Shown: one piece after another, positions 49,901 through 57,264 of the stretch | Layout: each line of letters starts with the position of its first letter | Position numbering within the stretch: position 1 is the stretch's first letter | Origin: a virus | Reading direction: 5' to 3' (one strand) | Length of the DNA: 64,000 nt | IMG/VR virus record: IMGVR_UViG_3300027763_000036 | Location: 32,001 to 96,000 of that record | Notes under the pieces: model-generated | Databases searched by the model: none | What the model saw: only the letters and a program-made list of their open reading frames with translations | Told to the model about the DNA's origin: nothing | Translations under genes and position numbers: made by a program

Positions 49901-52900
49901 GTATTGGTTTTATGTTTGATAATCAAACTCAAAACTTTATAAATGATGTATTCAATAAAGAAACATATGCTTCTAAATTAACTGAGAAAGAAGGTAATAA
50001 AATAAACTATAATACTTTTCAGTTTAGTGAAAAAATGAATGCAGCAGTTATAAAAGATGCTGAAAGAAGTTCTATATATGTTGATGATTATGAAAAAATG
50101 TGGGAGAAAGACTATCTAAAAAGATTTAGTCCAGAAGTTGCAAAAGAAAAAGCAGCAGCAGATGCTAAGCCCTACAGAGAAATGAAAGAGTCAGATGGTA
50201 TTGCATTTGTCACATTAGATGCATACCGAACACTTAAGAAAGTAGGAAGAGGTTGGAGTTTGGGTGAAGATGCACTTTATAAGAAAATTATAAATGGTGA
50301 AGAAATATCAAGTAAAGATGTAAAAGAGTTCTATTCTATTTTCAAGTTACATTATTTTGGAACAATAGAAAATGATTTATTACCTGTGACTGGTATGTTT
50401 AAGTTTTCGGTTATGCCAATTATACCTGGAGTAAATGCAATTCCAGGTAATGAGCTTGATAAGCTTCACAAAAAAATGATGAGACAAAATACTCAGCTTG
50501 TTTTGTTTGCATCCGGTTCAAAAGGGTCACATATAACTTCAGATGGTAAAACAGATAATATTTATACTAATAAAGAAGATAAATATATTAATACTGAAGT
50601 AGATGAAAAAGGTAATGATGTATTTCAGTTTACTAAAAATCCATTCTACTTAGCTAACTTTAAAGAGGTTACTGTAATGAATAACTCTTTTAAAGAACAT
50701 CTTCCAATAGCTACACAAACAAGAGCTATTACAATAGATAATTTATTTGAAGATGGAGATTTAAAAAATCCAGACAATAAACCTTTTGTAGATGAGTACA
50801 CAAATACAATCCGTGAATACTCTAAAGTATTAAAAGAAGATTTATTAAATGGATTAGGAATTGAGCTTATAGATGGTAGAGTAATTGGTGACTTTACAAG
50901 GTTTGTTGAGATTATTAGGGATGAGATGTCTCAAAGAGATACCCCACCACATTTAATTAAACTAGTAAATACCAATCTTAAGGGACAAATTGCAATGGAT
51001 TTATCATTGCATCCTGAATCAGATAGTATTGAAAAATTACTTGTTAGTTTAATTCAAAGAGGAGTTATTAAACAACAAACTAAAGGTGAGCCATTAGTTC
51101 AATCTCCAGCAACATTTACAAATGGTATTTGGGATACACCATATTTAGATCTTACAGAATTAAAAGAAATACAAAAGTATTTAGGAACTAATACTCTTCC
51201 TTTCTATTTAGCAAATGGAGAAACTAGAACTGAAGAAATGAAAGTTGCTATTGCCTTACAAGGAGACTTTAGAAACTTACTTAATGCTAATGATCTAGAA
51301 GGAAATAAGATTGAGACTATTGAAAGATTAAATCAGTTGATAAAGAATCCTAAGTGGTTTGCAAAAAATAAAAAGTCATTAACATTGTTCGGGCCTAGAA
51401 TCCCTAATGATGCACATAACACTATTGAGGCAGCTACCGTTTGGCATTTCTTACCAGAGTCATTTGGTAATACTATTATTACACCAACTGAGATTGTAGC
51501 AAAAGCAGGTTCTGACTTTGATGGGGATAAGTTATTTATGTCCATGCCTAATATAGACAGTGAAGGAAACTTTATTAATAAAGGAGTAGAAAACTTTGAC
51601 AAAGTTTTAGAAGAGACTAAAGAACTTGAGAAGAAAAAGAAACTTCCTAAAGATAGACCTACTTCTAAACAGATAATTGAACTACAGAAAAAGTATTTAC
51701 AGAACAGATACTTACAAGCATCTGTAGAAATATTAATGCTTCCTGAAAATGCTATAACATTAACTAAGCCTAATGGTACATATCTAGTAGATAGATATGA
51801 GGAAAATGTAACAGAATTTAGAACAGGATATGATAAGTTTAAAAATGTTGGTGGAAGACCATCTGATGTAAACACAAAAGGTGTAAAGATTCCAAATACG
51901 TCAAACCATTTTACAGCAGGATATAACCTTTATGTACATGATGCAAACTTATCACTTGAACCATCACTAGGTATTTTAGCAAAACTTACCAAGTCTATTC
52001 CTATGTATAAAGCTGCTGGTGCAAAAATGCCAGCAACATATAATGCAGGTATCACACTAAAGGTTCCATTAGATGTTAGATTTAATAAGAATATTACAGT
52101 AAATTCTAAAGGTGAAACTGTTATATCTATTGGTGCTGAAAATAATGTGGCTGGTGAAAATATTTCTGACACAACTTCTCACTCATTACAAGGGGTATTG
52201 GATAGAGCTAAAGCTACATTCCCATTTGAATTAAAGTTGGTTCCAGAAGCAATGGATGTTTATGGTTATCTAACAAGAGCAGGGGTAGATCAAGAACAAA
52301 TAGTTTACTTGCTTAATCAACCACTAGTATCTCAGTATCTTGATTTACAAAAGATAAATGAGTCTTCTATAAACAATGCTTTGTTTGGAAAGCAGAAAAA
52401 ATTTATGATTTCTCAAAATTTGTTTATTGAAAATCTTAAGAAGACTTTAACTGAAGATCAATTAAAAAGGCTGGTTCTTGAGATAAATAAAAATAAACTT
52501 GCCGCTATAATGAAATCATTACCTGAAGACTTAGAACTTCAAGTAATTATTCCTCGTAAAGAGGGTGTTTATACTGTGGCTGCTTTAAGAAATCAATTAA
52601 ATGCTTTTGTAAAAACTGGTGAAGGAATAAATCCTAATTCTATTTCATCTATTTTGATAGAGTTACCGGATGAAACAAAAAAAGAAATTTATAGTTATGT
52701 TGTTCCTACTTTTGATAAAGCTGGATATTTATTGAGCCAAGGAAATGCATATTTCTTAATTGATTATATTGCAAAAAACAAACTTGCTAATAAAGATGAA
52801 ATTCAAACATCTGATTTGGTAGATATAATGAAGAAACAAGATTCATCTAGCTTAAAAGCACTGATGATCTTTGCACATTATGTTGAATTAGAGAGACAGT

Positions 52901-55900
52901 ATTCAAGAATGAATGATCTTGAAAAATCATTTACTCCGGATACTGCAAAAGTTTCTACTACTCAAGAAGCAATAATTAGAAAGAAAAAATATAAAACTTT
53001 CTTTAGTGCAATACAAACTAATGTTCCAGAATATTTAAAACAATCAGAAGAAATAGATCAAGATTTCTTAAATAAGTTAATGAATGAATCTGTTGTATCT
53101 TCATTAATATTTGATGATTTAACAATTGATTTATTAAAACCATTATTTCAAACTAAACTTGATGATGTCATTGTTAATTATATAGATGATGCATTAAAAG
53201 AAAATAGAGGAGAAATTTCTAATGCTTTTGGTGTGGGTGCTGATGGAAGAGCTGAGTTCATAAGACAGTATGGAAATACTTTAGTAAACTTTATATATCA
53301 AAACTATTTATCATATTCTTCTGATGCAACTGGTAAGTTAGCAAATTATCCAGAAGCAATCAATGGTAAAGAAGTAGTGGTAGATAATACTATGGATGTT
53401 CTTGTAAAAATTGAAGAAGATAAAATTCTTATAAACACTAGAATTATTGAATTTGATTTTGCAAATAAATCTTTCTTGGAAAATAATGATACTGAAGCAG
53501 CTTATGTAAACAGAAATTATGATACTTTTAAAGTAGGTCAAGATCCATTTAAAAATCTAAGATCTTTCTATAGATATCATATTGAGTTAGCTCTATTAGA
53601 AGAAAATAATTCAATAGACACATTAGCAGATAGTGAATATTATTATTTTGGACAAATGGTTGCAAAAAATGATGGTAATATAGAACGAGCATATATTCAG
53701 TATATATCTGAAAGAGCACTATCAAATAGTTATAACCCATATTATATCATGGGTAGAACTAAATATAGTTATACCAACAACGTATTAGAGTTAATTGATT
53801 CATTGGAAAATTACCCAGCACTATTTGATAGATTCCCAATCCTTACTCAAATTTCTCCACAAAGAAACAGAGAAGGATTTAGAATAATTAGATTGAATAA
53901 TAGATCAGATGTAAAAGGAGCACTAGCTCAAGACTACTACAATCAGATTAGACAGCTTGGAGATATCTCTATCCAAAAATTAGATAACCCAAGTAACAAT
54001 CCTGTAATTACATCTAAGGATAAAAGAATAAGTGAGATATTTAATTTATTCTCAATCATGATGTACTATCAGCATGGTGTAGGTAAATCAGGAACAAGCT
54101 TTAATAGTGCTTTAGATTCATCTCAATTTAAAGATATTATCATGCCTTCTACACAGGCGTTTATGGGTAATTACATTAATCCAAGTAAAACTTCTAGAGA
54201 AGAAATACAATCATTATTAAATGCTGTATATCAACAAACTGTTTCTAGACAGAGGTTTAAAATAATGTTAGGTACTAAGAATGAATATGCAAATGCAGAC
54301 ATAGAAGCTATAGCAAATGAACTTGATAAAAAAAGAACAGAAGGAGAAATAGAAGAGTTTGATGAGGATGAAGGTTCACAAAAGATTCCTTCAGAATTTA
54401 AAAAAGGTGAGAAACTTATTTTAGATGAAGATGTTAAAGCATTTAAAAGATATTTGATATCATCTAATGGAGTTAAGCCTTCTAAGTTTACAACTGTACA
54501 AACTAAGTTTTCAGAGTTCTATAATGGTAGACAACAGGGTATGCCAAATACTGCTGCCTGGATGCTTAATAGCTCTAATCTATATGACATGGTAGAAATA
54601 AGTCAAGACTCTGACTTATTAGGTATTGTATACTATGAAAATGTAGATCTAGAAACAGGATACCAAATGATTAAAAAGGGTGAGGGTCCTACTCAACCTA
54701 CTGGAGTTAAAGAAGTTATTAAAAATGAAAAAGGACTGATTATAATTAATAATGCAATTCCTTTACAAAAAACTCAACAAATAGTAAATGATAGTAAAAA
54801 ATTTATAGAAGAAACTTCTTTTAAACAAACAGGTGGTTCAGTATCTTGGGGTTATGGAATGCAATGGATAAGATCAGCCGGATTAACAGCAAAACAAAAA
54901 GAAGGTGTTGTAATTGGTAAACAGATAGGTGGTCAAGAAGTAACTCAAGAAATGGTAAATGATCTTATTGCTGGAGTTGACCCTAAAAAAATAAAAGGTT
55001 TACCATTATATGTATATACTATTTATGACAAAAATGGTAATAGGTTACCTAATATACCAAGTGACATAATACTAACATTGCAAGAACAAGGAATTGATTT
55101 ATCTCAATATGATGCTAGTTATAATTCTGTATATGATAAGAATGACAAAGGTAGTTTAATTGTACATCAAGATAATACTGAGTTTAATACTTCACCAATT
55201 ATTACTGTTTCTTTGGGTAGACCAATGAAATTTATTACATATCAATTAAAAGATTCTAATAATTATAGTTTTGGTACTAATTCTAAAAATAAATATGAAT
55301 TAACCTTAAATACTATTTCTAATAAACTTGTATCTCAAAAGCTTGCTCCTGAATTAAAAAGACAAAAAAATTTTAGAGGTGATGAAGTTATAGCATATGG
55401 TGAATTAACTCCTGGAAATTTAGCTAAATATGCTAAAATGGTAGGAATGGAATCTGAAGCATTAGATGTTTTAGCAAATTCAATAGAAAAAATTGAAGAA
55501 CATATGTTAACAAATGGTGCAGTTTTAGTTTTTTCTAATGAAAATAGAAATGTGTTTCATGAGATTATTTTTGATGAGGAAACAGATAAATTACCAATGC
55601 CTCAAGGTTTTCCTGATTTAACAATAAATAAATCTTATACAGGGATGGGCAGACCAGATAAAATGGTTAATACAAGAGATTATAGGGTTGTATTAACTTT
55701 AAGAAAAGTAACTGGTGCTACTGTTAATAATATTGATATACAAAAACTTACATCTACTCAACCTACTAAAACACTTACTACTCAAGATTCTGAAAACATA
55801 TACTCTCAATTAGGCACTTTAACTTCAAATATTGTCATATCCAATATAAAAACTAAAGATGGTAAGTATGATAGGACCGCTAATATAAAAGAAGCAAAAG

Positions 55901-57264
55901 TTAAAGGTAGAGTGTACACTATGGAAGTAGATAGTGATGTAAAAAGCTTCTCAAATCCTTGGGCTAGTTTTAATAGAAAAGGAACAATTAAAACAAATTC
56001 TACAAAAGAAGCTGTTTTAAATTACATTGATTGGCTTACTACAGATAAATTTATAAATGTTAAACCAGAAAGAAGAGCTTTTATTTTAGATATTTTAAAA
56101 TCTGGTAAATTAAAAGGAAGACAACTTCAATATTATGCTGAATTAGGAGAGCCATCTCATGCTACAGCTTTAGATTATTTAATTAATAAATATAACTGGG
56201 GGCAACCTACGTCAACATCTAAAACACCAGTATTTGATTCTCTTCCTGGTAAATCTACTACACCTACTATGACTTATGCTGGTATAGGAAGTAGACAAAC
56301 ACCACAAGAAGCTCTTGATCTTATGCCTCAAATTGCTAAGTATCTTGATAATTTAGGTTATACATTAAGAAGTGGTGCAGCAGAGGGTGCAGACACAGCT
56401 TTTGAAAAAGGTGCAACAAAAAAAGAAATATTTAAAGGATTTGACAGAACAGGTCAAAGAGAAATAAATGTTGCTAATGAAATACATCCTGATCTTCAGG
56501 GTGCTATGAATGCATCTAAATCTAAAAAAATAAAATCAAGATTAGCTGAAGGTGCAACACAAGAAGAAGCTGAAAAATCAGGTGAAAGATCTGCATGGGC
56601 TGTTCAAAACTTAATGGCAAGAAATACTAATCAAATATTTGGTGTTAATTTAGATACACCGGTAGATTTTGTATTGTTCTGGGCACAAGAAATTCCTGGT
56701 TCAATTAGACCAAAAGGTGGTACAGGACAAGCTGTAGAAATGGCTAGAAGAAAAGGTATACCTACTATTAATTTAGCAGATAAAAATTGGAGAGAACAAC
56801 TTAAAGCTGTACTTTCTAATAAACCATCTACTCAACCTACTGAAGTTAAACCAGGTGGAGAACAATCTTCTATCAATGATGACATGGCTGAGTACACTAA
56901 ACTTGTTGAACAAAACAACGGAGCTCAACCAAAAACATTTACTGTAGGTACAAGAACTTGGACTCTTAATAAATTTGGTAACTATGACTGGTCTGACCCA
57001 ACAACTGGGCAAATCTACATGAGAAACATTAACATGGAGACTGGAGTAGCTGTACCTGAACCATTAATGAATGAGCCTGTAGATCCGGCATTAGTAGAAG
57101 AAAGCTTAAACTTTATAAATAGTAATAGAAAATTATTAGCTTTGGATCATAAACTTGCTGATATGGGTATTGATATAAATGATTTCCTTAAGCAAGTAGA
57201 GCAAATAAAAACAATGGAAGATTATTTCAAAGCTAAAAAAACAATAGATAAGTTATGTCAATAG
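43948..57264 (+). CDS. Giant virion RNA polymerase (double-psi beta-barrel) with zincin and accessory C-terminal domains
   Basis: 4438 aa; PRIP...GSDFDGDK (DFDGD at 51514-51528), ESDG and FKFS motifs; HEAWH at 46507-46521 with EEMLAE; AlkB-like, DUF4326-like and SLOG domains near the C-terminus. Confidence 0.88.
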   Translation: MITCSINNIEIVKALYADVSGALKKAQDSKKDFDHKDYMKKLFKDLSEQSSPEVAAKYLQSVPKIIIDAQNNYFEDLFVNLNALSKLNQDFKNSDTGVTAVIKELGDTSNLGEKKDNLQNKKNNSINLNQNPVAPKPVVRLPQRFRTLTPFGGTLQSYIKIDPNLKEQSITPESINQELLYMIRTFDKIKEIQNTTDTLNGVVYDGVKLHFKSITLSAYDKPENQKYLDADTKALIAKSASIINQGTAPKDVVQITELPILLLSDIDGNVLYFDNNGNITTEDSGKPVYQFMRTVRKDGNTFSVTNRYNTEDLLITPEDFADATYDEAIDGPKDKYLVSVKEMMQKEMSDLYDIQQRVISGQEMILPITGISNGIPANLSATKITLSNLLNLPTLNANPIGVIKTIRTIPIAQDGFNTGSAFIQLNGNKFFIERPLITQDLAVEIADVLTNPNISNAAKQEYTDQFLKGYSTNNSSKKFTLIYSKNGKSIYFNMFEKFYQTDPKDIKEKLDLHSSYLKTLDQSQIDKYKETIIKYLTKEGTKANQGRINIIFQNAALESGKYTRLNDAGTGFNRNADYHTFLTTTDSEISLTNADPGFYNYVVNFTTFDTPVGEFINAEKNEKDSKLIDAELNRVIGNALSNEYKAKVKQEDPTQQRPYDSFLVTRYLRDQISTVYNKSQSKTFVQGLIDALKGPLYSYLHLRDAQIKILQDKLNITNFQTVTPAPTAKPPVQEEIVDVIEVLGAESPQDNTVVNRIFNEDTTEDDSIFFDRAGIKKEFINPLKIVQAKIWWNSKKMEPMRKLIEFDRMLNIVNSDSYARFIVAGATLADTGTLGTILVNKEKGTVFQNLTIYHEAWHVFSQLFLTKKQKSDLYNELLNYTDAKGNTPYAKMSLRELEEMLAEDFRNYVKTGKAKQGAQKRNSLFRKIVEFLKQLFGKVLKKFKKQEIVINSLNSPMAARLFNELYIGEFNKYSPSITNQMFTKLDRGPRQIEYPSQDALSPGDGMTVVSSIDNFFAEEVDKLYQQRKAKGEDRKEISLSVIKSPAQKEELYKRARKRFETVLAQEQAKLRAVEGIADFNTLDTLEEIESNAFAIMKNEVYDKEGKLIPEKSGKDKYFFLTSQVTNFDNLSASTKKGERVRGEDYKDTIRIVGDFYKHKTIKKDGRSIDIVLVTRPQDAQTQFDNYLKGNVWDESSKKWIQDAGGAKIFTRIEKKPIVDKAKIDQTQEEIRDNVRVLETTLKNWGDEKSGIVQYHMQNTDFDVAKRRYSVDGELLPEIEELKEDSKGEVKDESEKDLENDGGLGQGNEGTGDVSLQQTMSKETIFVLKTLFKVNSDGTIPTDRFGIKQRADFSKTFAIVAKTIGGIRDRQKAYEKLRLESEKFPELKQLFETKFPNPNKSGATVNTFEFDLARNFFQDFGKPHIDYLQLYGYYDKEVVNDAERYNLNFVVKESDLAIDNLLNKWSNNFATLKGNKYINVSRDNIRSLKLADVVKDFKSKSTSELDLAKQIEFAKVLGIELQNNDNVKSELERSAYYGLPYIFKIVNSINNIEQGSVEKALSKEKSRLVSNFKENPLKVLTDGFSGSLIGDKGTVKQLTQLKRLAELQTTYGYDSSSTAIIRSNQNVGYKEVNWSSGHARAYALNEVENFNQLWEDPRYNYMSHLNPEINTHVRHLKIISSLFPNLEKKSENTSVKFFAQDGFAITDERGDSSGNTTTELDPLSKFIFEFHSFSLAGVAELPRTSEKKFSWGFKVDGGINHPDVNFESAKDPNLYIDIDMFKTVAGEQYARAGFLYGYIQGEFDRIKKFRGPEKEKYLNFTGYNEPVIEDGEKMFSGQTFVAFKGVLSEGTKKRLYALADQQADIEILDYVKNVDKELGKMIKDDITTFFNEKTNEIKELYFNKIPYISRSLLEKFGIDKESLKDEEVFKSYLAKPEIVNALLKAYTYNDFIHKYETSIIMFGDHAQWNHGKEDWSKRIPGLTSDGIGFMFDNQTQNFINDVFNKETYASKLTEKEGNKINYNTFQFSEKMNAAVIKDAERSSIYVDDYEKMWEKDYLKRFSPEVAKEKAAADAKPYREMKESDGIAFVTLDAYRTLKKVGRGWSLGEDALYKKIINGEEISSKDVKEFYSIFKLHYFGTIENDLLPVTGMFKFSVMPIIPGVNAIPGNELDKLHKKMMRQNTQLVLFASGSKGSHITSDGKTDNIYTNKEDKYINTEVDEKGNDVFQFTKNPFYLANFKEVTVMNNSFKEHLPIATQTRAITIDNLFEDGDLKNPDNKPFVDEYTNTIREYSKVLKEDLLNGLGIELIDGRVIGDFTRFVEIIRDEMSQRDTPPHLIKLVNTNLKGQIAMDLSLHPESDSIEKLLVSLIQRGVIKQQTKGEPLVQSPATFTNGIWDTPYLDLTELKEIQKYLGTNTLPFYLANGETRTEEMKVAIALQGDFRNLLNANDLEGNKIETIERLNQLIKNPKWFAKNKKSLTLFGPRIPNDAHNTIEAATVWHFLPESFGNTIITPTEIVAKAGSDFDGDKLFMSMPNIDSEGNFINKGVENFDKVLEETKELEKKKKLPKDRPTSKQIIELQKKYLQNRYLQASVEILMLPENAITLTKPNGTYLVDRYEENVTEFRTGYDKFKNVGGRPSDVNTKGVKIPNTSNHFTAGYNLYVHDANLSLEPSLGILAKLTKSIPMYKAAGAKMPATYNAGITLKVPLDVRFNKNITVNSKGETVISIGAENNVAGENISDTTSHSLQGVLDRAKATFPFELKLVPEAMDVYGYLTRAGVDQEQIVYLLNQPLVSQYLDLQKINESSINNALFGKQKKFMISQNLFIENLKKTLTEDQLKRLVLEINKNKLAAIMKSLPEDLELQVIIPRKEGVYTVAALRNQLNAFVKTGEGINPNSISSILIELPDETKKEIYSYVVPTFDKAGYLLSQGNAYFLIDYIAKNKLANKDEIQTSDLVDIMKKQDSSSLKALMIFAHYVELERQYSRMNDLEKSFTPDTAKVSTTQEAIIRKKKYKTFFSAIQTNVPEYLKQSEEIDQDFLNKLMNESVVSSLIFDDLTIDLLKPLFQTKLDDVIVNYIDDALKENRGEISNAFGVGADGRAEFIRQYGNTLVNFIYQNYLSYSSDATGKLANYPEAINGKEVVVDNTMDVLVKIEEDKILINTRIIEFDFANKSFLENNDTEAAYVNRNYDTFKVGQDPFKNLRSFYRYHIELALLEENNSIDTLADSEYYYFGQMVAKNDGNIERAYIQYISERALSNSYNPYYIMGRTKYSYTNNVLELIDSLENYPALFDRFPILTQISPQRNREGFRIIRLNNRSDVKGALAQDYYNQIRQLGDISIQKLDNPSNNPVITSKDKRISEIFNLFSIMMYYQHGVGKSGTSFNSALDSSQFKDIIMPSTQAFMGNYINPSKTSREEIQSLLNAVYQQTVSRQRFKIMLGTKNEYANADIEAIANELDKKRTEGEIEEFDEDEGSQKIPSEFKKGEKLILDEDVKAFKRYLISSNGVKPSKFTTVQTKFSEFYNGRQQGMPNTAAWMLNSSNLYDMVEISQDSDLLGIVYYENVDLETGYQMIKKGEGPTQPTGVKEVIKNEKGLIIINNAIPLQKTQQIVNDSKKFIEETSFKQTGGSVSWGYGMQWIRSAGLTAKQKEGVVIGKQIGGQEVTQEMVNDLIAGVDPKKIKGLPLYVYTIYDKNGNRLPNIPSDIILTLQEQGIDLSQYDASYNSVYDKNDKGSLIVHQDNTEFNTSPIITVSLGRPMKFITYQLKDSNNYSFGTNSKNKYELTLNTISNKLVSQKLAPELKRQKNFRGDEVIAYGELTPGNLAKYAKMVGMESEALDVLANSIEKIEEHMLTNGAVLVFSNENRNVFHEIIFDEETDKLPMPQGFPDLTINKSYTGMGRPDKMVNTRDYRVVLTLRKVTGATVNNIDIQKLTSTQPTKTLTTQDSENIYSQLGTLTSNIVISNIKTKDGKYDRTANIKEAKVKGRVYTMEVDSDVKSFSNPWASFNRKGTIKTNSTKEAVLNYIDWLTTDKFINVKPERRAFILDILKSGKLKGRQLQYYAELGEPSHATALDYLINKYNWGQPTSTSKTPVFDSLPGKSTTPTMTYAGIGSRQTPQEALDLMPQIAKYLDNLGYTLRSGAAEGADTAFEKGATKKEIFKGFDRTGQREINVANEIHPDLQGAMNASKSKKIKSRLAEGATQEEAEKSGERSAWAVQNLMARNTNQIFGVNLDTPVDFVLFWAQEIPGSIRPKGGTGQAVEMARRKGIPTINLADKNWREQLKAVLSNKPSTQPTEVKPGGEQSSINDDMAEYTKLVEQNNGAQPKTFTVGTRTWTLNKFGNYDWSDPTTGQIYMRNINMETGVAVPEPLMNEPVDPALVEESLNFINSNRKLLALDHKLADMGIDINDFLKQVEQIKTMEDYFKAKKTIDKLCQ
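54689..56841 (+). repeat. Dispersed 14-nt direct repeat CTACTCAACCTACT (x3) plus one degenerate copy
   Basis: Exact copies at 54689-54702, 55754-55767 and 56828-56841; partial CAACCTAC at 56203-56210; all encode (T)QPT linkers. Confidence 0.85.

Noticed and set aside
54689-56841. CRISPR-like or diversity-generating-retroelement interpretation of the 14-nt repeat
   Set aside because: Spacers are 0.4-1.1 kb in-frame coding domains; no cas or reverse transcriptase gene and no adenine-specific variable repeat pair seen
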